Assembly (NCBI GenBank): GCA_039801565.1
Contig: JBDRUX010000015.1
Span: 1-31,793, forward strand
Direction of reading: 5' to 3'
Source: a candidate division WOR-3 bacterium
GTDB taxonomy: Bacteria; Hydrothermota; Tepidihabitantia; Tepidihabitantales; JAOUPE01
Length of the DNA stretch: 31,793 nt
In this document: positions 8,333-16,245 of the stretch, in pieces
Numbering within the stretch: position 1 is the stretch's first letter
Layout: every line of letters begins with the position of its first letter
The notes under the pieces: model-generated
The model's input: the letters and a program-made list of their open reading frames with translations, nothing else
Database searches by the model: none
What the model was told of the DNA's origin: nothing
Position numbers and translations under genes: made by a program

Positions 8333-9969
8333 AATCTTACTCGAGTTGGAGGGAATATAACATTATTTGTCGCTTTGTCAATAGCCGTTGTGAATAGTTG
8401 CCGATTCTCAATTCGATTCACTCCGACTAATGCTATGCCGGGTGGCACCTGATTAGTTGTTTTCACCAAAAGTTCAAGTTCAACAGCCGGTCCAATAACT
8501 TTTGCTGGTTCGTTTTGTTTTAAATTGAATCTTTGCAAGTCTTGCAGATTAATTTTAATAACATCCTCTTTATCAAAGATATTCCAAAAGCCGATCGCCG
8601 GTTTCTCCCCTACCAATAATAAACTGTCGGTTTCAGATGATTCGGTTTGGCTTTTGGTATTTAAAAACTCTCGGGCAAGTTCATAAACCTGTTTTAATGG
8701 AATTATCACTTCGTGGTTTTTGGTTTTTGTTCCGATTTTAGCAGTGAAATTTAATTTTTGATTTAATAGTGTAATAATTTCGGAAATTGTTTTGCTACCA
8801 CTTATCGGTTCTAAGATTTTATTAATCTTTACCTTACCCCAAAGGGTATTAATTGTCCCATTTTTTTCCAAATTCAAAGCGGTTGGTAAGATAAAATAAG
8901 GCGCTAACTGATTAGGTCGGAAAACCGCTGTGGCGATCATTGTTTCCAGTTCAGCCAAGTCGCGCAACTGAGGATAAAGAAACGGAAAGTCTGTACCAAA
9001 ATTGAGTAATACCTTTATTTTGCCTTCTCGGATTGCCGAAAGAATTTGACCAAAACCAACTTTGCCCAAGCCACTACGTGCTTCGCCTAATCCTAAAAAT
9101 TTCATTCCGTCCGATTTTGCCACTAAACTTTTACTGGCTAAACTTAAAAGATAGGGATTATCATTCCGACCAAAACTCATTGTACAAACTACCACTATTG
9201 GTTTAAGTTTAGTTAGACTATTGGCAACCTCTTCCAGTAAAGTAAGTTTGATCCCTGAAACTTCGGCAATTTGTTCGGGCGCTAAACCCTTAATCTCCCG
9301 GGTTAAAAGGCTTTTAAGCGCTAAAACTACCAATGGTTCACTACCCGGCTGACAGTGCAAAAATCGGTCAGCAAAACCAGCGGTCCGGGTTAAAATTGAA
9401 TCAATAACAAAGATACGATGGTCACGGTGAGCATAACGAGCATTTAGTATCGGTTTGGCAATAACCGGTGTTTGACCAAAAACATCGCCAATCAACACAA
9501 AAGCCTTGGCATTCTCAATATCAGCTAATTCGGCATCTAAACAGTCCTCAACCGAATAAACAAAGTAACTCTCCGGTTCAAGATAAGAACAAGCCAAATT
9601 CTCGACCCCCAACCTTTCGGCAAAATCATAAATCAAACCTGTCTCTTCTTCGGTCAAATTACGGTCAAAAGTTATGGCAATTGCTTCAGAATTTTGCCTC
9701 AAAGGTCTTGCCGCAATTTCACTTAACGCTTTATCCCAATCTACTTCTTTATTATTATATAATGGATAAGCTAATCGTCGCTTGTGATTTAAAACAATGC
9801 CTACCGCATTACCGCGCGGACAAAGTCGTCCCTGATTCACCTCACCTTGTCCAGCATATTCAACATTAAAAACCAAATAATTCTCGTCATAGGTGAAAGC
9901 TAATTCACAACCATAAAGACAAAACGGGCAGATTGAACTCTTTAAACGATTTGAACTATTCAAATTCAT
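8317..9969 (-). CDS. Molybdopterin-oxidoreductase-like protein (FdhA/NuoG fold), probably cofactor-less
   Basis: N-terminal CPFCLYGC...LCPRG [4Fe-4S] motif, RLAYPL, C-terminal molybdopterin-dinucleotide-binding-like domain (INLQD...VPPG); only 550 aa. Confidence 0.8.
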   Translation of the reverse strand: MNLNSSNRLKSSICPFCLYGCELAFTYDENYLVFNVEYAGQGEVNQGRLCPRGNAVGIVLNHKRRLAYPLYNNKEVDWDKALSEIAARPLRQNSEAIAITFDRNLTEEETGLIYDFAERLGVENLACSYLEPESYFVYSVEDCLDAELADIENAKAFVLIGDVFGQTPVIAKPILNARYAHRDHRIFVIDSILTRTAGFADRFLHCQPGSEPLVVLALKSLLTREIKGLAPEQIAEVSGIKLTLLEEVANSLTKLKPIVVVCTMSFGRNDNPYLLSLASKSLVAKSDGMKFLGLGEARSGLGKVGFGQILSAIREGKIKVLLNFGTDFPFLYPQLRDLAELETMIATAVFRPNQLAPYFILPTALNLEKNGTINTLWGKVKINKILEPISGSKTISEIITLLNQKLNFTAKIGTKTKNHEVIIPLKQVYELAREFLNTKSQTESSETDSLLLVGEKPAIGFWNIFDKEDVIKINLQDLQRFNLKQNEPAKVIGPAVELELLVKTTNQVPPGIALVGVNRIENRQLFTTAIDKATNNVIFPPTRVRLWQKG

Positions 9970-10781
9970 AAGAAAGGTTCCTCAATATCTTTAATCTGTT
10001 TCCAAGTCAAAACCGGACCATCTTTACAAGTGAAATACCTGCCAATCCGGCAGTGACCGCATTGTCCCAAACCACAAGACATATTCTTTTCCATTGAAAG
10101 ATAAATATCTTTCCCGGCAAAGCCAGCTTCCAAAAGTCGTTGGGTGACGAATTTCATCATAATTGGTGGTCCACACACTACCGCCACACTATTATTAAAG
10201 TCAACTGGTATCTTATCTAAAATCACGGTCACGACCCCAACTTTTCCTTTCCAACTCTTATCACCGACATCAACTGTTAAAAGTACATCTACGCCTTTCC
10301 AGGTTTTCCACTCTGCCAGTAAACTTTTATAGACAATATCCTGGGGAGTGCGTGCACCGTATCGAAGATAAATCTTTTTATATTTCTTAATCTCGTGGGT
10401 CAAAGCCAAGAAGAGTGAACGTAGCGGTGCTAATCCCACACCACCACCGACAATAAATACCTCTTTATTTTCAAAATTCTCTAATGGATAACGTTGACCG
10501 TAAGGACCGCGAATACCGACCCAATCCCCGGCTTTTAACTTAAACAATTCATTTGTCACTCTACCAACTCGCATTATCGTCAACTCAAGGGTCTCTTTAA
10601 CAAAAGGCGAAGAAGAAGGCGTAAAGGGTGCTTCGCCAACGCCGGGCACAGTCAGTTCAACAAATTGCCCTGCTTCAAATTGAAGCGTTTCTTTTGGTTT
10701 CAAGACGAAAGTCTTGATATTAGGGGTTTCCTCAATTACCTGTAAAATCTCCGCAGGAATTGAACGATAAGGATTATTCAT
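9966..10781 (-). CDS. FAD/NAD(P)-binding oxidoreductase with [2Fe-2S] (AsrB / sulfhydrogenase gamma / PyrK family)
   Basis: GQF, GEAPFT, RGPYG, GGGVGLAP, CGPPIMM and CGLGQCGHC...C motifs. Confidence 0.93.
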   Translation of the reverse strand: MNNPYRSIPAEILQVIEETPNIKTFVLKPKETLQFEAGQFVELTVPGVGEAPFTPSSSPFVKETLELTIMRVGRVTNELFKLKAGDWVGIRGPYGQRYPLENFENKEVFIVGGGVGLAPLRSLFLALTHEIKKYKKIYLRYGARTPQDIVYKSLLAEWKTWKGVDVLLTVDVGDKSWKGKVGVVTVILDKIPVDFNNSVAVVCGPPIMMKFVTQRLLEAGFAGKDIYLSMEKNMSCGLGQCGHCRIGRYFTCKDGPVLTWKQIKDIEEPFL

Positions 10782-11899
10782 AATGCGAATAAAATTTTTC
10801 TAATATCAATCTTGCCACTACACGCTGAAAGGCAACGACCACAACCCGAACAGGCATAGAAATTATGGTCCAGATAAAAATTCATAAACTTGCAGTGAAA
10901 TCGGTTCTTAAACCTTTGTAAAAATTCTGCCCGCGGATTCATTCCACCACCAACCCGAGCATAAGCTGGATAATAGCAAGCATCCCAAATTTTCAGCCGT
11001 TCAAAATTATTATTCGCTTTCGCCTGGTCATACAGCAGATAACAAAAACAAGTTGGGCAGATCATTAGACAAGCAAAACACTCGACACAGGTCTTCGAGT
11101 GTTCATCCCAAAACTTTTCTTCCTGCATTTTTTCTACTCTCAAAGCCAACCCAGCCGGTAAGGCTTGGGGGTTGATTGCTTTGAGATTTCTTTCGGCTTT
11201 TAGCCGTTGTTCCTGCTTTTCCTCTATTTCTTCTTCCCGAGCAGCCCGGATCAAATTTGGTCGGCTAGCAATCAACGCTTCCCCTTTCTCAGTAAAGGGT
11301 TCAAGCAGAAAACCATCCCGCAGGACAGTTAAATTAATATCAGCAGGCGGCGAAAAAGGATTTACCTGAGAGGCTGGGGGACACTGCAATGAATTTTCGC
11401 ATTGTACCCTTGGGAACTCGGTAGCAAAAATTTCTTTACTCGGGTAAGGAGTCAGTCCCAAAAGATTACAAAAACAAGTTTCCGCTGGTTCAGGGCAATC
11501 CGCTGAGATAATTACGGTTCGGTCTAAGCGCTGTTGATAGAATGGGTCAATATAATTACCTTCTAAGAACATCCGGCGGTGAACTTGTAATGGTAAAAGG
11601 TCACAATTCTTGGCACCGATTATCAATTGTTTCGGAAAATCTTTTTCTTGCGGTGTCTCAAAACCTCTGAGAACCAATTCCCGAGGCAAGAAAAAGAAAC
11701 CCTTTAAAGATTCCGAAGCCCGAATCTTTTTTAATGCCGAGGCAAAATTTGTTGACGGTATCGTTTCTAAATCCTTACTTTTCAATTGGTGAAAGTGACA
11801 CTTCTCCTCTTCAACGATTGGCAGATAAACCAAAAATTCATCGAGCAGGCTGGAAAGCCATTCGACGAATTTGGTTGATGGAATTAAATAATATTCCAT
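10778..11899 (-). CDS. 4Fe-4S protein of the AsrA / sulfhydrogenase beta family
   Basis: CDL, CFC, CVECFACLMICPTCFC, WDAC and CSGCGRCLSAC; ATG 11899 preferred because TTG 11914 overlaps the predicted -10 box. Confidence 0.9.
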   Translation of the reverse strand: MEYYLIPSTKFVEWLSSLLDEFLVYLPIVEEEKCHFHQLKSKDLETIPSTNFASALKKIRASESLKGFFFLPRELVLRGFETPQEKDFPKQLIIGAKNCDLLPLQVHRRMFLEGNYIDPFYQQRLDRTVIISADCPEPAETCFCNLLGLTPYPSKEIFATEFPRVQCENSLQCPPASQVNPFSPPADINLTVLRDGFLLEPFTEKGEALIASRPNLIRAAREEEIEEKQEQRLKAERNLKAINPQALPAGLALRVEKMQEEKFWDEHSKTCVECFACLMICPTCFCYLLYDQAKANNNFERLKIWDACYYPAYARVGGGMNPRAEFLQRFKNRFHCKFMNFYLDHNFYACSGCGRCLSACSGKIDIRKILFAL

Positions 11900-11913
11900 T
11901 AAATTAAAAATCA

Positions 11914-11941
11914 ATATTACAAAAAATTTTCATAAGGTCAA
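11914..11941 (-). promoter_or_regulatory. sigma70-type promoter of the hydrogenase operon
   Basis: TTGACC-16nt-TAATAT on the minus strand, 14 nt before ATG 11899. Confidence 0.6.
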
Positions 11942-11994
11942 GTATCATTTGCAAGACTTCTTAACGACTTGTGATTACTAATCACGGGTTACCC

Positions 11995-12022
11995 TTGACT
12001 ATTGTTTGATTTTGGTTACATT
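11995..12022 (+). promoter_or_regulatory. sigma70-type promoter, probable leaderless start
   Basis: TTGACT-16nt-TACATT, ATG 5 nt after the -10 box. Confidence 0.55.
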
Positions 12023-12027
12023 AAGAT

Positions 12028-12810
12028 ATGGAACGGGCATCCCAAGCCAACGATTTCTTTAAGTCATTACCCAATTCAACCGTTGAGCCATTTTCTAATT
12101 TCGCTCCTTACTATGATAGTTTTATGCTCAAATGTGTTGATTATGTGGGTTGGGTAAATTATATCGAAAAGATCTTTAAAAAGTTTAGAATTAAACCTAA
12201 AACAATTCTTGATTTGGCTTGTGGCACGGGTATTCCAACTATTCTTTTCGCCAAGCGGGGTTATCGGATGATTGGAATTGACCGCGCTCAAGCGATGCTT
12301 GAAATATTAAAGAAAAAGAGCCAAGGTTATGATATTACGGTCTACCAAGCCGATATCCGCGACTTCGCTATTCCAGAACCGGTTGATACCGCAATCTGTC
12401 TCTATGACAGCATCAATTATCTTTTAACCGAAGATGACCTCGAGCGCTGTTTTCATTGTGTGCGAAAGGCGGTTAAAAATGGTGGACTTTTCGTCTTCGA
12501 TTTGAATACGGAGTATGGGCTATCGGTCTTTTGGGGCAACCGGGAATCGGTACGGGAAGCGGGTGGTCTTCATTCGATTTGGCGCAATAGCTATGACCCT
12601 GAGACTAAAATTTCCACTCTGTATTTAACTTGTCGGATTAAAGGTAAAGAATGCTCCTTTTTAGAGATTCATAAGGAGCGCGGATATGAATTGTCCACAA
12701 TCCAAAAAATTTTGAACAATGCCGGTTTTACCGAAATCAACCTTTATCACCACGGAACATTTGCTCCACCTACGCCGATCTCAATTCGAGTGATGGTGGT
12801 AGCAAGATAG
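12028..12810 (+). CDS. Class I SAM-dependent methyltransferase
   Basis: ILDLACGTG motif I, GID, QADIRDF, YDSINY and GGLFVFD. Confidence 0.93.
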   Translation: MERASQANDFFKSLPNSTVEPFSNFAPYYDSFMLKCVDYVGWVNYIEKIFKKFRIKPKTILDLACGTGIPTILFAKRGYRMIGIDRAQAMLEILKKKSQGYDITVYQADIRDFAIPEPVDTAICLYDSINYLLTEDDLERCFHCVRKAVKNGGLFVFDLNTEYGLSVFWGNRESVREAGGLHSIWRNSYDPETKISTLYLTCRIKGKECSFLEIHKERGYELSTIQKILNNAGFTEINLYHHGTFAPPTPISIRVMVVAR

Positions 12811-12829
12811 CGATAACCCACATCGCCGC

Positions 12830-12856
12830 TTGACAATTAAATAATATCTTTATAAT
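12830..12856 (+). promoter_or_regulatory. sigma70-type promoter
   Basis: TTGACA-15nt-TATAAT, followed by SD AAGGAGG at 12873-12879. Confidence 0.6.
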
Positions 12857-12885
12857 AATTATAATATATAACAAGGAGGCTGAAA

Positions 12886-13800
12886 CTGAAAATTCAATTA
12901 ACTGAGTCGGTAAAACTGGTGCGACCGGTGATGTTGGCTTGTTGGCCTGGAATGGGCAATGTTGCTTTAGGTGCTATAAACTACCTGCGACGAAATTTGG
13001 CAATGCAGGCTTTTGCTCAAATTAACACTGCCGAGTTTTATACCCCGGACAGTATTATTGTTGAGGATGGCATTGCCGAATTACCGCCTCCGCCTAAGAG
13101 TATCTTTTACTTCCGTCTAAAACCAGATTTAATTGTCTTAGAAAACGAAGTCCAATTCGGTGGTTGGGCTGGAGCAAAATTTGCCCGCGAGATTGTCAAT
13201 TTTGCCCAAGAACTTGGGGTTAGTCGAATATTTACCGGTGCCGCTTTTCCTATCCCATCATCTTACCGGGAGAAAGTCCGTTTATTCGGTGTTGCCAATA
13301 TGAAATCCGGCTTAGATTTACTAGTCCGCCATCGGATTAAGGTTATGGAAGAAGGTTCAATTTCTGGACTAAATGGGCTTATCTTAGGTTATGCCCAAGA
13401 AAAGGCAATCGAAGCAATTTGTATCTTAGCGACAATGCCAATCTATGCTACTGGTTTCCCAAACCCAAGAGCTTGGAAAGCGTTGGCTGAGGCATTGGCG
13501 CAAATTTTGCAGGTGAATATCAATTTTACCGAGTTGGACAATCAGATTCAACAGGTTGATGCCCGAATGGAACAGATTGAGGACCACTTACAAAAAATCT
13601 TGGAGCAGAGGGAAAAACCAGCCGAAGAGGAAACTACCGAAGGCGGCATCTCCCAATATATCTTAAATAAAATTGAGCGGTTGTTTCAAGAAGCCAAAAC
13701 CAATCGAGAGAAAGCACTGGAATTGAAAAAAGAACTTGACCGCTGGGGACTATTTGAGATGTACGAAGACCGCTTTTTAGACCTGTTCAAAAAAGATTGA
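12886..13800 (+). CDS. PAC2 (proteasome assembly chaperone) family protein, probable CTG start
   Basis: WPGMGNVA, ISGLNGLILG and PNPRA motifs; AAGGAGG lies 6 nt before in-frame CTG 12886 (alternative start GTG 12919). Confidence 0.85.
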   Translation: MKIQLTESVKLVRPVMLACWPGMGNVALGAINYLRRNLAMQAFAQINTAEFYTPDSIIVEDGIAELPPPPKSIFYFRLKPDLIVLENEVQFGGWAGAKFAREIVNFAQELGVSRIFTGAAFPIPSSYREKVRLFGVANMKSGLDLLVRHRIKVMEEGSISGLNGLILGYAQEKAIEAICILATMPIYATGFPNPRAWKALAEALAQILQVNINFTELDNQIQQVDARMEQIEDHLQKILEQREKPAEEETTEGGISQYILNKIERLFQEAKTNREKALELKKELDRWGLFEMYEDRFLDLFKKD

Positions 13801-13951
13801 TGAATAGTCCTTAAGAACGAAAACCACTTAAGTAAAATTCTAAATTCGAAATTTATCAATTCGTCTCATTTTTACGAATGATTCGAATATTCGACAAATT
13901 CGGTGTCTCCAGCGACTCAGTAGCAAATTTTCTCAGCATAAGGGAATAGTC

Positions 13952-13979
13952 TTGACACCTCAAAATCATTATCTATACT
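13952..13979 (+). promoter_or_regulatory. sigma70-type promoter of accD, probable leaderless start
   Basis: TTGACA-16nt-TATACT, ATG 6 nt downstream, no SD. Confidence 0.7.
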
Positions 13980-13985
13980 ACAATA

Positions 13986-14816
13986 ATGCGTAATGAAAAA
14001 ACCATTGTTCGGCGTGCGGAGATTCCGGACGGTTTATGGCAGCGTTGTGACTCCTGTCATGAAATTCTCTATCGGAAGACATTAGAAAAGAATTTTTTCA
14101 TCTGCCCGCGCTGTAATTATCATTTTCGGATTTCGAGCAGGAAGTACGTTGAACTTTTATTGGACCAGGGCAGTCTTTTAGAATTTGACGCCGATATGGT
14201 ACCGACCGATCCTCTTGACTTCCCTAATTATGATGCCAAAATCAAAGAGGCTCAAGCCAAGACCGCCCTGAAGGAAGGATTTATTTATGGCAAAGGTAAG
14301 ATTAACGATATAGTTGTGGTATTTGGGGCGATGGATTTTAACTTTATTGGTGGCAGTATGGGCTCGGTGGTAGGGGAAAAAGTGGCGCGAGCGATTCGGT
14401 TGGCACGTCAAGAAAAGACGCCTTTAATTATCATTTCCACTTCGGGTGGTGCCCGAATGCAAGAAGGAATTTTTTCCCTAATGCAGATGGCAAAGACCGC
14501 CGCTGAACTCGCCTTGCTCCACCAAGCCAAAATTCCTTATATCTCGATTGTCACCAATCCAACCTTTGCTGGGGTAATGGCTTCTTATGCCTCGTTGGGT
14601 GATATCATCATTGCCGAACCTGGGGCTATCTTAGGTTTTACCGGTCCAAGGGTGATTGAACAGACAATAGGCGAAAAATTACCCGAAGGGTTTCAAAGCG
14701 CTGATTTTCTCTTAAAGCACGGTTTTATTGATATCGTCGTGCCCAGAAAGGATTTAAAAGAGACCCTTAGTAAAATTTTGGATATCCTGTGGCACAAAAT
14801 GCGTAGCGATGCCTAA
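13986..14816 (+). CDS. accD: Acetyl-CoA carboxylase carboxyltransferase beta subunit
   Basis: IPDGLW, C4 zinc finger (CDSC...CPRC), GGSMGSVVGEK, SGGARMQEG and GPRVIEQTI. Confidence 0.97.
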   Translation: MRNEKTIVRRAEIPDGLWQRCDSCHEILYRKTLEKNFFICPRCNYHFRISSRKYVELLLDQGSLLEFDADMVPTDPLDFPNYDAKIKEAQAKTALKEGFIYGKGKINDIVVVFGAMDFNFIGGSMGSVVGEKVARAIRLARQEKTPLIIISTSGGARMQEGIFSLMQMAKTAAELALLHQAKIPYISIVTNPTFAGVMASYASLGDIIIAEPGAILGFTGPRVIEQTIGEKLPEGFQSADFLLKHGFIDIVVPRKDLKETLSKILDILWHKMRSDA

Positions 14817-14852
14817 AACTAAATCTTTGAAGTTCCAAATTTAGAATTCCCA

Positions 14853-16052
14853 ATGGGTCGAGTCTTTTTAGATGCGGTAAGCAAAATCTATGACAAAAAC
14901 ATAATTGGTGTTGATAATCTAACCTTGGAGGTTTTCGACCAAGAGTTTTTCGTTTTAGTTGGACCTTCTGGCTGTGGCAAGTCAACCACTTTGAGATTAA
15001 TTGCCGGTTTAGAAGAGCCAACCAAAGGAAAGATTTTTATTGATGACCGTTTAGTTAATGATGTCCCACCCAAAGACCGAGATATTGCAATGGTCTTTCA
15101 AAACTATGCTTTATATCCCCATATGACCGCCTTTGATAATATGGCATTTGGGCTGAAGATGCGAAAACTTCCTAAGACGGAAATCGAACGCAGAGTACTG
15201 GAGGCAGCCAAAATTTTGGGAATAACCCATCTTTTAGACCGCAAACCAAAAGCACTTTCGGGTGGCGAAAGACAAAGGGTTGCAGTCGGACGTGCCATTG
15301 TCCGCAATCCAAAAGTATTTCTCTTTGATGAACCACTCTCTAACCTTGATGCCAAATTAAGGGTTCAGATGCGCGCCGAATTAGCCCAGATTCAAAAGAA
15401 ACTAAAGACTACTGTCTTATATGTCACCCATGACCAGGTTGAAGCAATGACCTTAGGCGAGCGGATTGGAGTAATGAAAGATGGCAAACTACTTCAAGTA
15501 GCTGATGCACTCACTTTGTATGACCAACCGGTTAATAAATTTGTCGCTGGTTTTCTTGGTAGTCCGCCAATGAATTTTGTTGAAGGCGTAATTAAGAACG
15601 AACCAAAAACAGTGGATGAGGGGCAACCCCTCATCTCCCCGGATTTAAGAATTAAAAATTGGGGTTTCAAAGGGGCAAAGCCCCTTTGTTTTGAAGGCGA
15701 TGGCTTAAGTTTTCCCCTCACACCCGAAATGCAAAAGTATCTCGGACCTTATATCAATCGAGAAGTGATTGTAGGTATCAGACCCGAAGATATTTTATTA
15801 GACCCCGGTGGCAGAGATTTGCCCAGCTTTCGAGCAGTGGTGGAAATGGCTGAACCGATGGGCAATGAAACAATTGTTTATCTTCTAGTCTCAAACCAAC
15901 AGTTAGGCTCGTTTCGCTCAACCTCAGCCTTGCATTTAGTGGCTCGGATTCCATCTCGTTATCAGGCTTATCCTGGGACAAATATTGACCTTTTTATTGA
16001 CTTAGGAAAAGTTCATTTCTTCGACAAAACCACCGAGCAAGCGATAAGATAA
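14853..16052 (+). CDS. ugpC: Carbohydrate ABC transporter ATP-binding protein (MalK/UgpC/MsmX family) with in-frame insertions
   Basis: GPSGCGKST, VFQNYALYPHM, LSGGERQR, DEPLSNLDAKLR and GIRPED; substrate cannot be determined. Confidence 0.9.
   Translation: MGRVFLDAVSKIYDKNIIGVDNLTLEVFDQEFFVLVGPSGCGKSTTLRLIAGLEEPTKGKIFIDDRLVNDVPPKDRDIAMVFQNYALYPHMTAFDNMAFGLKMRKLPKTEIERRVLEAAKILGITHLLDRKPKALSGGERQRVAVGRAIVRNPKVFLFDEPLSNLDAKLRVQMRAELAQIQKKLKTTVLYVTHDQVEAMTLGERIGVMKDGKLLQVADALTLYDQPVNKFVAGFLGSPPMNFVEGVIKNEPKTVDEGQPLISPDLRIKNWGFKGAKPLCFEGDGLSFPLTPEMQKYLGPYINREVIVGIRPEDILLDPGGRDLPSFRAVVEMAEPMGNETIVYLLVSNQQLGSFRSTSALHLVARIPSRYQAYPGTNIDLFIDLGKVHFFDKTTEQAIR
15615..15688. repeat. REP-like multi-hairpin palindromic element inside the ABC ATPase gene
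   Basis: GATGAGGGG-CAA-CCCCTCATC and CAAAGGGGC-AAA-GCCCCTTTG perfect 9-bp stems, with an imperfect third stem between them. Confidence 0.75.
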
Positions 16053-16061
16053 TCCATTAAG

Positions 16062-16085
16062 CTCAAGTCTTTAAAGAGACTTGAG
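16062..16085. terminator. Hairpin 9 nt after the ATPase stop; possible terminator or REP-type palindrome
   Basis: CTCAAGTCT-ttaaag-AGACTTGAG; no U-tract on either strand. Confidence 0.4.
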
Positions 16086-16245
16086 GACTGCGTAGAAATA
16101 CCACGAAAGCACGAAATCGGGACAGTTTTACGTCAGAAAAATGTTACTTATAAGTAACATCAAAATTGACCGATTTTTTCGTCTATCATGTTGGTCGTCC
16201 GTCGGTTACGCTAATTTTCCCTTTGGGAGGGGGTATCGTATAGGG

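Noticed and set aside
8317..9969. Selenocysteine formate dehydrogenase / formate hydrogenlyase
   Set aside because: No in-frame TGA, no recognisable active-site motif, and the protein is too short.
9966..11899. Anaerobic sulfite reductase asrAB
   Set aside because: No asrC (siroheme subunit) is in the operon; the proteins are only family-level homologues.
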